From Trichoplax adhaerens (Eukaryota > Animalia > Placozoa): a stretch of DNA of 64,000 bases. The stretch is from the NCBI RefSeq assembly GCF_000150275.1, contig NW_002060971.1:413212-477211 (forward strand), written 5' to 3'. Shown in pieces: positions 1 to 13,810 of the stretch (position 1 is its first letter; each line of letters starts with the position of its first letter). The notes below the pieces were generated by a model. That model searched no databases. It saw only the letters and a program-made list of their open reading frames with translations, and was not told the DNA's origin. The translations under genes and the position numbers were made by a program.

Positions 1-45
1 AATTCGTATTTTACATTAACTATTTCATTGCTAAATATTTTTAGG

Positions 46-1243
46 TTAACGTTGTTGATGCTGTTGCTGTTCTTGAAGGACATTTTGCTTGGCTAAAGCA
101 TCATTTAATAACTTCTTTAAAGTCACAATTTCAGATTTTAATTTTAAATTGGCTTCAGCTAACATTTGACATTCTTGAGTAATTCTTGTTTCACGCTCTT
201 TTCGAGCATCTCGTGATCGCTTAGCTGCTTTATTATTTTTAATCCTCCTTGCCCAGTATTTCGTATCTTTACAATTATCTGGAACTAAAGTTTTCTTAGC
301 TCGTTTTAATTCCGGTGAATCTCTTGAATTTTCGTCGGTTGTTGCTGGACTGGCGTGTTGAATCATCGCAGAATGTTTATCGTGATCATGACTAAAGTAA
401 GCTGTTAATAAGGTATCATCGGATTTATCCTCTTGCATGGATTGTTGTTGTTGTATTGGCTGAGCTGATAAAAGATCACTTTCAGCTTCAGAAAGAGTAA
501 ATGTTGAAGTTGTAATCTGAAATAAAAAGTGTACATATAACTTAGTTAATCATAGACCAATTTTATAACAATAATCACATTTTATTATAAATAAATTAAT
601 CCAATCGGTTCTATTTTTCTCTCTCTCTTACTCTTCTCTTTCTTAGTATTTATAATAAATTACTCACTTTTGTTTTAAAATGATGATTGTTGGCTAATGA
701 TACATCTTTGTCTTTAGAGTTAGTTAATGTTACTGTTGAATGGTGATTTGGCTGTTGAGTTGATGGTTGTTGTTGGTGTTGCTGATGTTGTTGCTGCTGC
801 AATAAATGATTTGATGTATTGGATAAAACAGTTGTTACTTGTAATGGTGAACGTCCACTTAAATCAAGTGAATGATGATATGGTGTAAATGATGAATAAT
901 TCAAATTAGAATACGGTGATTTTGAATTGGAATCAACTGCAAAATGATTATAATTGGTTGTAGTATTAATCATATTTTGACTTTTATGCTCGTTTCTTCC
1001 TCTAGTGGTATGATTATTCCACATCCATAATCTTGTAGCATCATCGTAATTAACTTGATGTTGCAATTGTTGTCTTTGCTGATGATTTTGGCGTTGTTGT
1101 TGTCCTACCTGGAAACGCTTATTTTCTATATTGTTAATGATAAATTCACTAGTATCTTCAAGCAGTTCATCGCCAGTAAAAATAGATTCAACCGGTTTTA
1201 GGTAATGCTCTAATTCACCAAAATCTGCTTTTTCCGATTGCAT
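46..1243 (-). CDS. PAR-family bZIP transcription factor (TEF/HLF/DBP/Pdp1-like), 2 coding exons (1243-668, 516-46), about 348 aa
   Basis: The C-terminus [41 protein letters not shown] plus leucine zipper matches the PAR extended basic region (cf. TEF [35 protein letters not shown]). A GTGAGT donor after 668 and a CAG acceptor before 516 join the two ORFs in frame (phase 0). The N-terminus is Gln/His/Asn-rich. The start codon at 1243 is a best guess; an upstream exon is possible. Confidence 0.9.
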
Positions 1244-3953
1244 ATCAATGCAATACCATCGACTAAAAGGAAAGATATTAATTGATGATACGTTTAATTT
1301 GGGTACCTTATAATTATATTTATTCAAATTTTTTAAGTTAAAAAAAAGATATAAAATAAGGTTCAATTTTAAGGATGGATTTGGAACAAGGGAGTTAATC
1401 AAATATCAATGTGCGAATTTTGCTAATATTTGATCCTCATTATAACTTTAAGTGAAATCTAAGGACGGTTTAATTTTTTCATTGATATGAACGTAAGTAC
1501 GGTAATAATCCAACTTATTGATAGTAATGTAATATGTATTTTATAAGTCTTGATATTTGAAAACCTTAAAAATCTATAACGGAAATAGTACGTAATAAAT
1601 CGTATGCATTTGTTGCTTGAATTAAGAAAATTGTTAACGGCGCCATAAACGTTTTGAAACATATGTTCGAAAAGTTAAAATGTCAAAAAATATAAAGAAG
1701 CTACTGAAATTAGCTATACCTATCAACTTCATTTATTTTATTACAATGTATAGAAGTAATTTGATTGAAAAAAGTGAAAGTAAAAATCATATCTATGAAA
1801 TCATGTGAATATCTAATTCTAGTCAAATTCCATGTTATATCATAAACAGGAGGTATCAAAGTAATGCATTATGCAGTTTGGAAATAGACGATTTGAAATC
1901 AAAGTTGAATACTAGTTGCTGATAGTAGGTGATTGATAAAGTGAATGCTTACTTCCATGCAAGTACTGTTAAGATTAAACTAGACAGATACACTATAATA
2001 TTCTTTCCCGAAAGTTGATAAATAAACGTAAGTACAGATCAACGAGCATGTACATTGGTATCTTAAAATAAGTTAAATTAGCTATCAATTGGATGTCTAA
2101 TTCAAAATTATTTTTGGCCATATTTTATAATCAATAATAAGCTGCAGAAATAAATATTTTATTACAAATCCAAAGTCTAATTTTCAAAATAAAAACGATC
2201 AATTTACCATAATTAAATGAGCTAAAATGATTTAACCATTACTATAATTGTATATCACTGTGGCTATGCATATCAGCTTTAACGCAATAAAACCTTGTTG
2301 ACCTCTTTAATCGGTAGGTAAGAGTATTTGTTATGACACAACAGACGTAGTGTCATGACGATTATCGACTGTCACCATCATAATTTTTATACTTTTTTCA
2401 AATTTTTTGATGCTGATCAGATTAAACATAGAGGACATCTATCTACTATTAACTGATAGACGTTAAATGGATAACTTTACTTTAATTATCAATTATGATG
2501 ATTGTAGTTATGGCTAGTGGCTACTTACTACTGGAATGCAAACACGTGGATAGTTAATCGAATCGATGTAGAGAATAATTCGCTATGGCTGCTGTCAAGG
2601 CAATCTTGTCGTGTTGTAAAATCGATCCTTTTAACTTGTCGAATTGTCCTTAGACCAATTAAATGAATTAGTAATAATCAATAGCATAGACCAGCATGGG
2701 TTAGAGCATTGGCCAAGAGTGGGATATAGACTAATATACTAATGACTACTAAGTCTATTATATCTATCTATACAAATGAAAATTGAATAATTTTGCTTGC
2801 GTTTTTCTTTTCTATTCTCTGTGATTAATAGGGCGCTAAATACAGTATATCAATTTCTATCGTAGCTATTCTTTCAATGGAATAATCATATATACCGATA
2901 CCGTATCTGTTTACGTCTACTTCTGATAATACTCTCTATAAGGATAGTTCTTAAATAGATTATAGTAGCATTCTATATTAATTTAATACGTATGTATATA
3001 GTCTACAGTATTTATATATAATGCTCTATGTCACAGTTTTTTGTTGGCTATAGAGGCGCGACATCTATATGACAGCTTTCTACCTGTTTGACCAAGCAGG
3101 CTTACAATTCTGAAATACGATAGTTATATTTATAGATGAAAGTCATAGCCCCTATCATCGACAAAGGTTACATATGTTGTGTACATAGGAGTTAATAAAG
3201 CAATCCTTCCCATCTCTATTTTTAATCTATTGAAGAGCTAAGGTGGGATACTAATATTAACTCTCCGTTTACCCTGATACATGATAACAATAGGAGCAGT
3301 TTGGATGAAAATCTGATGCCAACAGACGTTAGGGGGAGTAAAGTAAAAAAATTTTCACTTTATCCATTTGATTAGAATGTCATTATCATTAGACATAAGG
3401 AAGGAATCATCGTTATTTTAGGGTGTTGAATCAATCCATAATATTGCGTCTTTCCTTCGATTATCGATTTTTAAAACGAAATGAGAAAATTTTAAACGTT
3501 TAACATTTATTAAAATCCATACAGAAATGTCTATTCCCTTATGGCGTGATTATACAATTGGAAAATCAGTTTCAAATTTATAAGCAATAATGTAGAACGC
3601 TATAAGTACAGATAGTTGTTTCAACTTCTATATAGAAGTAAAAAATATTCGCATTTTATTGTATTTTAAAACAAAATACACGCATACAGTATTTTTTAAA
3701 TTTTTATGTAAAATCAAATAATGAATTATGAAGCGTTGAATAAATGAGTTTTATATCAGTTGGTTTGAAATCAAATCAGTACTAAAAAGCTGACACATCA
3801 TCATGATCTATATATAAAATTAATAATGTAAAAATTATAATATATGAGTAGGATTTCAAGAAATGAAATAAATTAATCATGTAAATGACACAAAACAGAC
3901 GTACCCTGACGAAGTGACGATCGTCAGAATAAAGGATAGCTTTCAAAGTATCT

Positions 3954-3977
3954 AACAACAACAACAACAACAACAAC
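3954..3977. repeat. (AAC)8 microsatellite
   Basis: Perfect AAC run read directly, followed by a degenerate AAT tail. Confidence 0.9.
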
Positions 3978-6900
3978 GACAATAATAAAAATGATCCGAT
4001 TAAATTGCCATTATAGACCATCAATTGGTAAATCAATACCGTTGACAAATTAATTCTCTGTTTCGATATGATCAATAGATTTATTAGTCATAGATAATCC
4101 TGGCTTAGTCATTTGATTATTATATATTGTAGACGAAATGCTAATTTAAGCCTAGTCATTTATTATATATTCAGACAGTTACACCAACTACTGCTGCATA
4201 GGAAACTAAAACAAATCCAAGAGCCTAATCCAAATAGAGTAGCAGAAAGAAATCAAATAATAGATATTGCTAATGCAATCTATCCTCTTTCTAAAATTAT
4301 ACAAGAACCAGTAAGTAATTGAAAGAAATGATACAATAATATTTTCTTGCTTGTTTAACCTAAGAAACATATTGCAGTTTTCTTTTTTCATTTTTGAATG
4401 ATAAGAAGATTTTCATTTATAAATGAATATGCGGATAAAGAGTTTTATTATATACAAATGATAAATCTTTTCATTGACTATGATAGATGAATGAAAGACT
4501 TTCCTTGAAATTGTTCATGTCAATTCTGTAGTCTTGATTACTGTATATACTTTTCCTTTCACCGCACGCTTTGATTTTTTTAGGCAAGAGCCTTGACCTT
4601 CTGCTGTCTCCAGCAAGATGTTCGATTAAGAAAACATAAAACGTTTTATTTACCTGCACGCTATTGTTTTGAATGGAATTAATGAAATTATTATTCTGCT
4701 AATGTTATCCTAGACTAAGTCATCATCATGCTTGGCTGGTTATCCATAGTGATTTAAAGCTTATCTAAGCAATATTGAATTGATTATAAAAATATGACTA
4801 CAATCAGTCAAGTGAGAGTTTTAAGGCAAAATTTTAGCTTGAGTACTAGCTTACATATAGTTTAGGTATTAGAATTGGTATCCATCCAAGTCGATTTTTT
4901 ACTTCAGTTGATTTACAATAAATGTGGTCGTCTATCCACATTTTCGGCTAATGCCTACAAAGAAGAGTGAATAAGAAGATAATGAAAGAGGAAGTAGATA
5001 GTTTAATCTTTGGATAAACCATATGATTGTCTTTGATGGAAATCACAGGTGTTTTAAAGTCGCAGCCATTCAATAGCTTTTTATTCCATCGTCAATAGAT
5101 AGGATTACTTTGCTTTTGTAGCGTATCATCTTCAAAATGACTTATTAAATTAATGCCAGCCAGGTACTTTAGACGACATTTTTTCATCTATTAACATAAG
5201 ATTGTACCGATTATGTCTCAAACTGTCTTATTATTTTAAATTTTAACACTACCTATCGCGTAATACAAAGTAATAAAAACGATTAGTATACTATTGAGAT
5301 TACCACATGAATTTAAATTTAAATTATTTTAAATTCAAATAAATATGCCGTGATGATTGATCTATATCTGAGTAGCACATACTATGCGCTTTATTCTCGG
5401 ATATACGAAACTATGATATTCTTTTTATGCAATCAAACTACAATAAAGTACAACTACCTAATCTAATCCTATGCTTAATAATATGATTAGATTTTATTCA
5501 ATTCAGCGCTTTACTTACTAATTACATGTAATAAGGATTTAATTATTATGACTGAAGATTAGATTTAATGATGCTAAGATTGATCTTTGCTCAGTGCAAG
5601 TAAAATTCCGGTAAACATCTAATATAACTGTATCAGTATAGTATGGCTAAATTACTTTCAATTTGTATTTCCAGACATTTCGCTTAAATTTGAATAATTA
5701 ATATACAGTCTTATTCTATTGAGATTTAAATTTAAAATTCTACAATCATTCTACACTCATAACTTAATGAAAGATGTGTTGTTACATGTGTAACATTTGA
5801 AATCAGTATTGTAAAGAAAAAAATTTGCCTTATAAATTGAATCGTCATTTTCTGGGAATAGATGAAGCTATAACTTATTAACTTGGATAGGAAATAGATT
5901 GTCTCAAATTGTTTTAAATTGTTCAATTCGTTATAAAGTTCATATTTCTGAGAGTTGAAGTTAATGAAATTGATTTCAACATCGCGACATACTTTTGTTA
6001 TTGATTTTATAACGATCAATGTATCTAATTTTCTACCCTTTTAGACTGAAAGGTTTACTATTGCTTTCACGGAATTTAATAAACAGCATTGATATAGTTC
6101 GCAAAATCTAATTGTTAAACTAAAATAAACTTAATGAAAGAATAAATCTTTAGCATAAAATAGAATTATATACATAATCCTGGATGGATCGATACTGTCC
6201 TTGATATAATTAACTTGGACTCATTTTGGCAATAAAATAAGAGTACTGCAGTATCCTTATTTATAGAGTAATAACTGTGAAATATGCTAGCCAATGCAAG
6301 AGTAATCGATATATTTGATTACATTATCGATGGCGCAAGTCATTTGTTAGCCATGTCGGAGTGGATCAAAGTAAAATTGAAAGGGAAAATAAAATCTTGA
6401 AAGAGTTTCTTTTGTCTATAGTTATCGGTTTATTGCTGTTATGAATAATGTCGGGTTTTAAGATGTTCTTACTATTATTCTTATTCTGAATAAAGTGGAA
6501 AGTTACTTCTGTTCTGATTGTTAATTTTGCTTATTTTTACTATCAAAGAAGATAATAGCAAGACGTGCAAAAATATTGATGGCGGTATAATGCTAAATGA
6601 ACTACCCTGAGCCTAAGACAATGATGTCTAATACATAAATTTAAAGAAGATATTAGTTTTAGATTGAGCGAATAGTCGTAATTCATTTCTATTATTATCT
6701 TAAATAGAACTTCAATGATCCACATTTATTTGTCAGGATCGCTCTAAGTTGAAATAAACTCTTGAAATTGGCTATTACGAATGTATTTAGAAGAATTATT
6801 CCTCTATATTATCGCCTAGTCGGCTACATATGTAATCAATAGTGCAAGTAACTACCAAATGAATAAATAAATACTTCTGTTCTAGATGGCTTATCGCTTA

Positions 6901-9900
6901 ACGGCACTGTAAACTAATATAAAATTTCTGTAGAATATTTTGATTTTGCTTTCTAAGTGTTGTAAATAGCAATTTACAAGAGCAAGTTAAGATAGGGCTA
7001 TTAATTAGTGCAAGAAGGAAAACCACTGAGATATTGTATTATAGCGTAACTTTAAATTGATATATTATAGTTTATGAAATTAAGGAAAGGTATAATGATA
7101 GAGACTTTTTAATTAATCTCTGTTTTTTTGTATATTTATATACTTTCATACTAGCTTTTATGGTAATAGACGAAGTAGTTAATTTCTTGTTTATCATGCA
7201 ATAGCTTGTATGAATAAGCTCGTGTATTCATCTTATATTTCGAAAAGATCAATTTCTTAGTCCGAATAGGTGGGAAAGATGATAAGATAATCGATGTACG
7301 AAATATAATCTATTTTTAAATATTGCAAAATAACTTATGTAAATAGTATTCAAATAGATCAAAACAAAACCGAGGGAAAGACACCTCATTAAATTAATGA
7401 TTTATTTTCTTTCCATATTTACCCTATCAAAGGATCCGAATTGATTGTTAAAAATGGTGAAATCTTCATAGCAATGTTAATAATTCTATCAGTAAGAATA
7501 TCAATTATCAGAAATAGTGTGAAAAATATTGAAAACAATCCATTCTTCCTTTGAACCATATGTTGTCCATCTCATCTTTCTTTACATATATTTCGGTAAT
7601 GTTACATCTAAGTAAAGAGAAATGGGTCCTTGATGATTTAAGAAATATATTAAGAAAGATTAAAAAAACATCTTGGCAACTTGCCATGTATTAAAATAAA
7701 AATATTATAAGAAACACTAGTACATTACCATTTATTTGTTTACGTATGGACATATGGGATTCATTTCAGATTGGATGTAACTTAATAATCTAGTAAGATG
7801 AATTAAATAAAGGTAAATTTATATAAGCAATCCTACTTTCTATATTCTGTAATAGTGTAACTATAGTGTATGAGATAATTCTGCTCACAAATTTAATATC
7901 AGTATAATTCAAAATTTAATCTATGTTTCTCACTTGAATGATAGATTACATAATTATTACATACTATTGAAAGTAATTATACATTTTTGATCAATTCTAC
8001 ATCTATTAAATAATTATAAATTACTGGTTGACTAGAACTGGTATCAAGTATGGAAATTTAAAAGGCAATCAGAGATAGAAAAGAGCGAATCTTTTATTCA
8101 CGGTTTGAATAACCTTAGATTCTGATATATAAATGTTACTAGATATTTTAATTAGATATTAGTACGAATTTGACCTGCTGCTTTTTTAAAACAACTCTGC
8201 TTTCTTTTGTAATTTCTGCAGCATAGAGTTTGAATATATTAGCTGAAATGTAGAAAATGAACTCCAATTTTCCTATCAATATTATATATGATACTACGAA
8301 GGAAGAAGTATAGTTTCAGGTATAAAATAATTAATTTGCCGATTAGGAATGATTTTTCTACTGATTTAGCACTTTCTAGAGCTTCAAGATAGCCCACCTA
8401 CTAGGCAGTTTATTGACATCATTTGTTATCTATAACGACTTGATTATATATACGTCCAGTATATATATTATCAGTGTCGAACAGAATCAATGATAAGTAG
8501 TATACTTCTCTCGATTGCATAATTAAATTCATTACTGGTTATGAATATTAATACCATGTTAATTTTCCGAGAATGAACGTAAGCATATTTAGATTGGCGA
8601 AATGATACAGAAAAGTAAAAATATTTCAATTACAAGACTTCGAATGAATTACTATGGACCTTTTGTAGGGGTCATTTGCTAAAGTCTATAAAGAATTCCA
8701 AGAACAATTGTGTAAAAAAGAAGGGTTTGATAACGTTTAACTATAATTATAAATGATTATGTGCAAGTAGAACAGCAAAATCTTCATTATGGTTTATTAG
8801 TTAGTAAAATAGTACAATTCTTTGATACATGGGCATAGAAAATATTATTACCAGTAATTTAAGCAAATAAAGTAATACAAGCATAATGTGAGACATTGGG
8901 TTTCTTGCAACTTATTAGTTTTACTTTTGACGGCTGGTGAAGTTTATTCTATCGCTTGAATGAAAGACATCCCTGGCGTAGTATAATGATTGTTGGAGAT
9001 AATGTTGTTATTTATAAAGAGAATTTAGACATTGATGGATGCATATATTCACTTCTTTCGCGCCATTTCGATTTATTGAAGCTTTATAGCTCGTATTAGA
9101 ATATGAGAATGAAGGATTTCTATTGAATTACTATTTACATTTAAGCTATAAATTTAGTAAAGCCTTATGAGTTTAATCGTCTACTTGAATAGAATTTTCC
9201 TCGTAAGTAAATCGTTTGCAATATAAATTATAACGTCAGAATTAATATGTTCGAATAGAATCAAAAAGATGCATTTTATACGAGAAACAGATACATTCTT
9301 GTATTAAGCATAAAGTACGGATTGAATACAATTAAACCAATTAGCGATTCGAACGAAGTTTATTTGGCCTGTCAAATAAAAATGTTTTCTCATTATCCAA
9401 ATCTTTGTTTAAGGGTGGGAATCTTAAATATGTTAGATATCAGAGTAGAGTATTCCTTTATTCTTATCATAATTCTTTGCGTTTTTTGCTTTGACAAGAT
9501 CTTTGCTTCGTATTAAAGTTAGATAAAGCCAAATGAGTAATAAGATAGTTGAAAAGTAACTGCAGAATAGTTCATTATTGAACGATAGGATTTCTTAAGA
9601 TCATCTTCATATTATACATACTGAAGAACATAAAGAGCCAAGTTTACATTTGTAAACTACCGCATGATATTATAAAATGCTATGAAGTGTATTTATCCCA
9701 TAGCATAAGAGTAACCTATTACATGCAGGTAGATATTACTGTTTGATACTGGTTACATTCGGTCAAATTGTAGAAAGAATCGTTCATAAGCCCGAATTGA
9801 AAAGTAGAAAGCTAAAAAATAAAGCCTTTCTACTCTCAGCAACACTTTCTTATTTTGATTTAGTTTAATTGGTATCTAATGATAGGGAAAGTGAATTAAT

Positions 9901-12900
9901 CAGCAAGAAATTGGAATAAAGAAAATAGCTGTTTTCTTTCAATCTACATCGACATAAGGTACCTCTATTAGAAAATAAACAATTTACGCCTGGATAATAA
10001 TATAAATCTCTCTTTTTCATATCAATGAAATGATAGTCAAAATCAACAACAGATGTTGCTTTTCACAGAGAATTTTATCGGCAGAAAGTGCAATGAAATG
10101 GGGTAGTATCTGTTATTTAATAATTCTATTACTAGTTGAATGAGATATGGACAAATCTTACACGTATAATAACTATCATTTAGAATCTGCAGTAAATTGT
10201 GTAATATCCTTAAATGGATTCTTTGAAGCATCCAAGAAAGAAATTGTACTGTGTTATCTTTACTTTATTCTATATATCTAATCATTTTGTTTCTCTGATT
10301 ACCATAAATGCTATCAAATTTTGCCTACTTTGTACTCAAATGGTGCTAAAGCAACATCGCTACTTTTTATTTTCAGATGAAGTACTACAACTATTGATTA
10401 CCAATTAATTTTTAGAATTACTAAGAAAGCAATTATTTTTGTTTTATTTGAACCTAAAAGTTGCTATTTCAGTCTATAAAATATTAGTTGATTGAAATAT
10501 ATGACATGCATCTCAAATTAGCAATTTGATAAGGTAGTACTTGTTCGTCGTAAAATTCTATATTAAATTTAGTCTTTTTAGGTTACTTACAGACTTCCAC
10601 TAGATATTCTTAGTCTAATCTGTTTATCGATCATGTAACAAAGTTTACCAGTTGAAAATTCAGCGGAAATGATCGTATTGAGTTAATAGCAAACTAACAC
10701 CTTTATTCTATTTTACTCATATTCTTGATATATAAAATCAATGATAAATGATAGTGAATTCCAAAGTAAGCCAATAAAGATTAGAAATAGCTTAACTTTA
10801 TTATGTTTTAAGCCTATATTAATTTAGATTATAACTTCTGCTTTTTTACATAATTAGAATATTACTACCTTGAATACTAATCATTTATCACCTAATATCT
10901 ATAAATTAATTTTTATTGATCTATTTTGAGGAAAAGCCTGCAATGATAACATCACTCTTAGTTTTAAACTGCTATAATTCATATTGTAACTCTGTGTAAC
11001 ATTGAAAGTGAATATTTGCACGTTAGGTATTTCTGTCTGGTGCTCACATGGAAGGATGCTATTAGCAGAAGGAATAGAAATTTACTAAATTAAAATTTCC
11101 TCTAAGATCTGATGAGCGACTGTTATGAGTTCGCTTAGAGAATTGCTAATAATAATCAAATATAAGCACGATCTCAGTAGCAAGTTTTAAGCATATAGAA
11201 TTAAAGACTTAAACAATACATTACTTCGCATCGCCAATATAGGGATTAAGATTTCCTGCCTTGTAATCATATACATTAAATAAATGTATACGGCTTACTA
11301 TTCGGCATTATCCTAATGATAACTATAGCTAGTTTTCTTAATCAAAGCCTTGCTACTTAGAATTGTTCTCTTTAAGTACGGTGCTTTAGCTTCACGCTAC
11401 TACAAGTTCTGTTGACAATAATACGGCTGAAGTGAGGATTATCAGTAATAATAAATTAATACTTTCCTAGATCACCTTGGATATCAATTAGGCGATTAGT
11501 TGTACCTCTCTGGAAATTAATCAATTAATTGATCAAGCAAATGACGAAAATAAAACTTTAAGACCTTACTCTAGAAAAGAGGCCGTAAGAAATTAGTGAT
11601 AAAGGCTAATTTGACATATAAGTACGATTACGAATTAGTTATAATATAAGACCAAAATTAGTATATCATGAAATTTACGAAAGAAAATAGAGGTGTATCA
11701 GCTATAGTACTGTTTTAGTTAGCTCATTCGACAAAGTTAACTTTGTACAATTATTGATTAATAAAATTACGGAGAACATTCGTGGCAGTTTATGAGTTAT
11801 GGGGGAATGAAATAGTCCGATAATGATTGAGTCGAATTGGGGCACAAGCTGATTACTGACAGCATTAGTCTTAATAAAACTAAGGTAAGGACACTACCCG
11901 AATTTCTTTCGTTTGATAAAGATATTATTAACCATCGATTATCAAGAAATTGGTTAATGTTGCATCTTGTATGTTAGGCTATGGCCAGAATCAATTTGGC
12001 AAGCAGATAGCTAATTCTCTGATATATAAGATTTTACCGATTTAGTAGTGATATTGAATTGACCAGATTTACGAGAAATTGATTAACATTTGATGTAAGA
12101 CAAAGGCATATTCGCAAATGCAGGTGACAGATATCCTTTTCTTGATATGATGAATATATTATAATACGTCTTATGCGAATGCTAAATATTATTCTGCTTC
12201 ATTTTGCGTCATATAAAGTAATGGATAGCATATCAGTGGTTACGACAGCAAAAATGTTTATTTAACTGTAAGAAGATATTACGTACTAGTATGGCTACGA
12301 TAAACAAATTAAGTTTGCTGCCCTTCATTGAAAGTTATGCCCTCTTCTTTTCGTATGTGCTAGCTTTAGTCTTTAGTCAAGATTTGTGACGTTTAATCTA
12401 GGTATACTTACGAAATCTATCTCATGATTGGCTATTTATAGATGTTTTTAAATTTTAGGTGACTTTATTGTACGAGATATTCACAGCGAGCAAGAGAACC
12501 CACAAATTTAAATTAGCCAGTGTAAAATAGATTATTTTTCCATTCGAATTTCTTAACAGTGATATATCGATAATCTTTTTCTATAGAAACTACTTTATTT
12601 TTCATTTTACTCATAAGTTAAGTAATATGGTATATATATACCAGTAAGGAAGTGTTAGGGGCATCAGTGAAGAGATGATTTTTTGTCTAAATTAAGTTAC
12701 GAAACGGAAACAGTTCTGTTTTAATTATCGTTAGATGCAGTATCGGTACCCTAATTGTTAACTATCCGTCCTGATTTAATTTGATTTGTATTTGCATTCG
12801 ATCCTAGATTTATTAGAGGATGTTAGTTAAAAGTAACCTCAATAAAATGAACGATTTCTTCCTACTCTAATTGAAGCTAAAAAAGTGGTCGTTAAAATAT

Positions 12901-13653
12901 ACCTGTAGCTGAACATTAAGCAAGCTCTTGTTAGAATTATTCATTCATCTATGAAACTTCATTTTAAGTTAATATTTATAATTAGCTAAAGACCCTCAAG
13001 GGAATGCTAATTGAATTATACGGAGTTATAATCTATGGGTATCATTCTTAGCGATGGTGAATGATTAACAGCTGTAGTAGCTGAGAATATCTATCTATGC
13101 TTTAAATTGTAATAATTAAATTGAACTATAATTTTGTTTATTCTATATACTGAATTGCTGCCTTAAATCCTTTTTAAAGGTTTCCTTGCTTGTATTGACA
13201 AATATCAACAATTGCAATAGTTATTGTCAACTTTATTCAATAGACTACTGCTATACTGTTACTTTTACAATTGTTACTGCTGCTACTATATTGCGTCCAA
13301 GGCTATACTTAAGATCAAGTGTTATCCGTGTTGTTAACGAACAATAAACACAGCGAGAGAATGCTACTTTGTTGCGACATTTTGGATCATAAAAGATGTC
13401 CTCTATTTATTTACAAACGACGTCGACTTGGACACGCTTTTATTAACAATAATTGTTCCCAATTGTTACGATTAAAACAACTTTGACGTAGATTGCTGGC
13501 ATATGTGCTATGTACTGTGTAGAAGATTAACATCGAGATGGCTACTGTAATTATTTTGTGGCTAACGTATGGACAGTATGCGATGTTGATGATGCTAAAT
13601 GTATATGTTACGGCCATTCCTAAGAATGATTTTGTCCTTAACATATATATACA

Positions 13654-13810
13654 GTATATTAGCGTACAGAAAAATAAAAGCTATCTTGGTTTTCTTATCG
13701 ATGAACTCAAATGTATGGATAGTATACGATGTGATGATGCGTAATATATTTATATATTAGCATACAGAAATATAAAAGCTATCTTGGTTTTCTTATCGAT
13801 AAATTCAAAT
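13654..13810. repeat. Local direct duplication of about 58 bp (13654-13712 and 13752-13810)
   Basis: tatattagc(g/a)tacagaaa(a/t)ataaaagctatcttggttttcttatcgat(g/a)aa(c/t)tcaaat occurs twice about 98 bp apart. Confidence 0.85.

Noticed and set aside
2680-2745. tRNA-like sequence (TGGGTTAGAGCA)
   Set aside because: No T-loop GTTCRA and no acceptor stem.
11100-11145. Hammerhead ribozyme (CTGATGAG followed by a stem)
   Set aside because: The required GAAA after stem II and the remaining core are absent.
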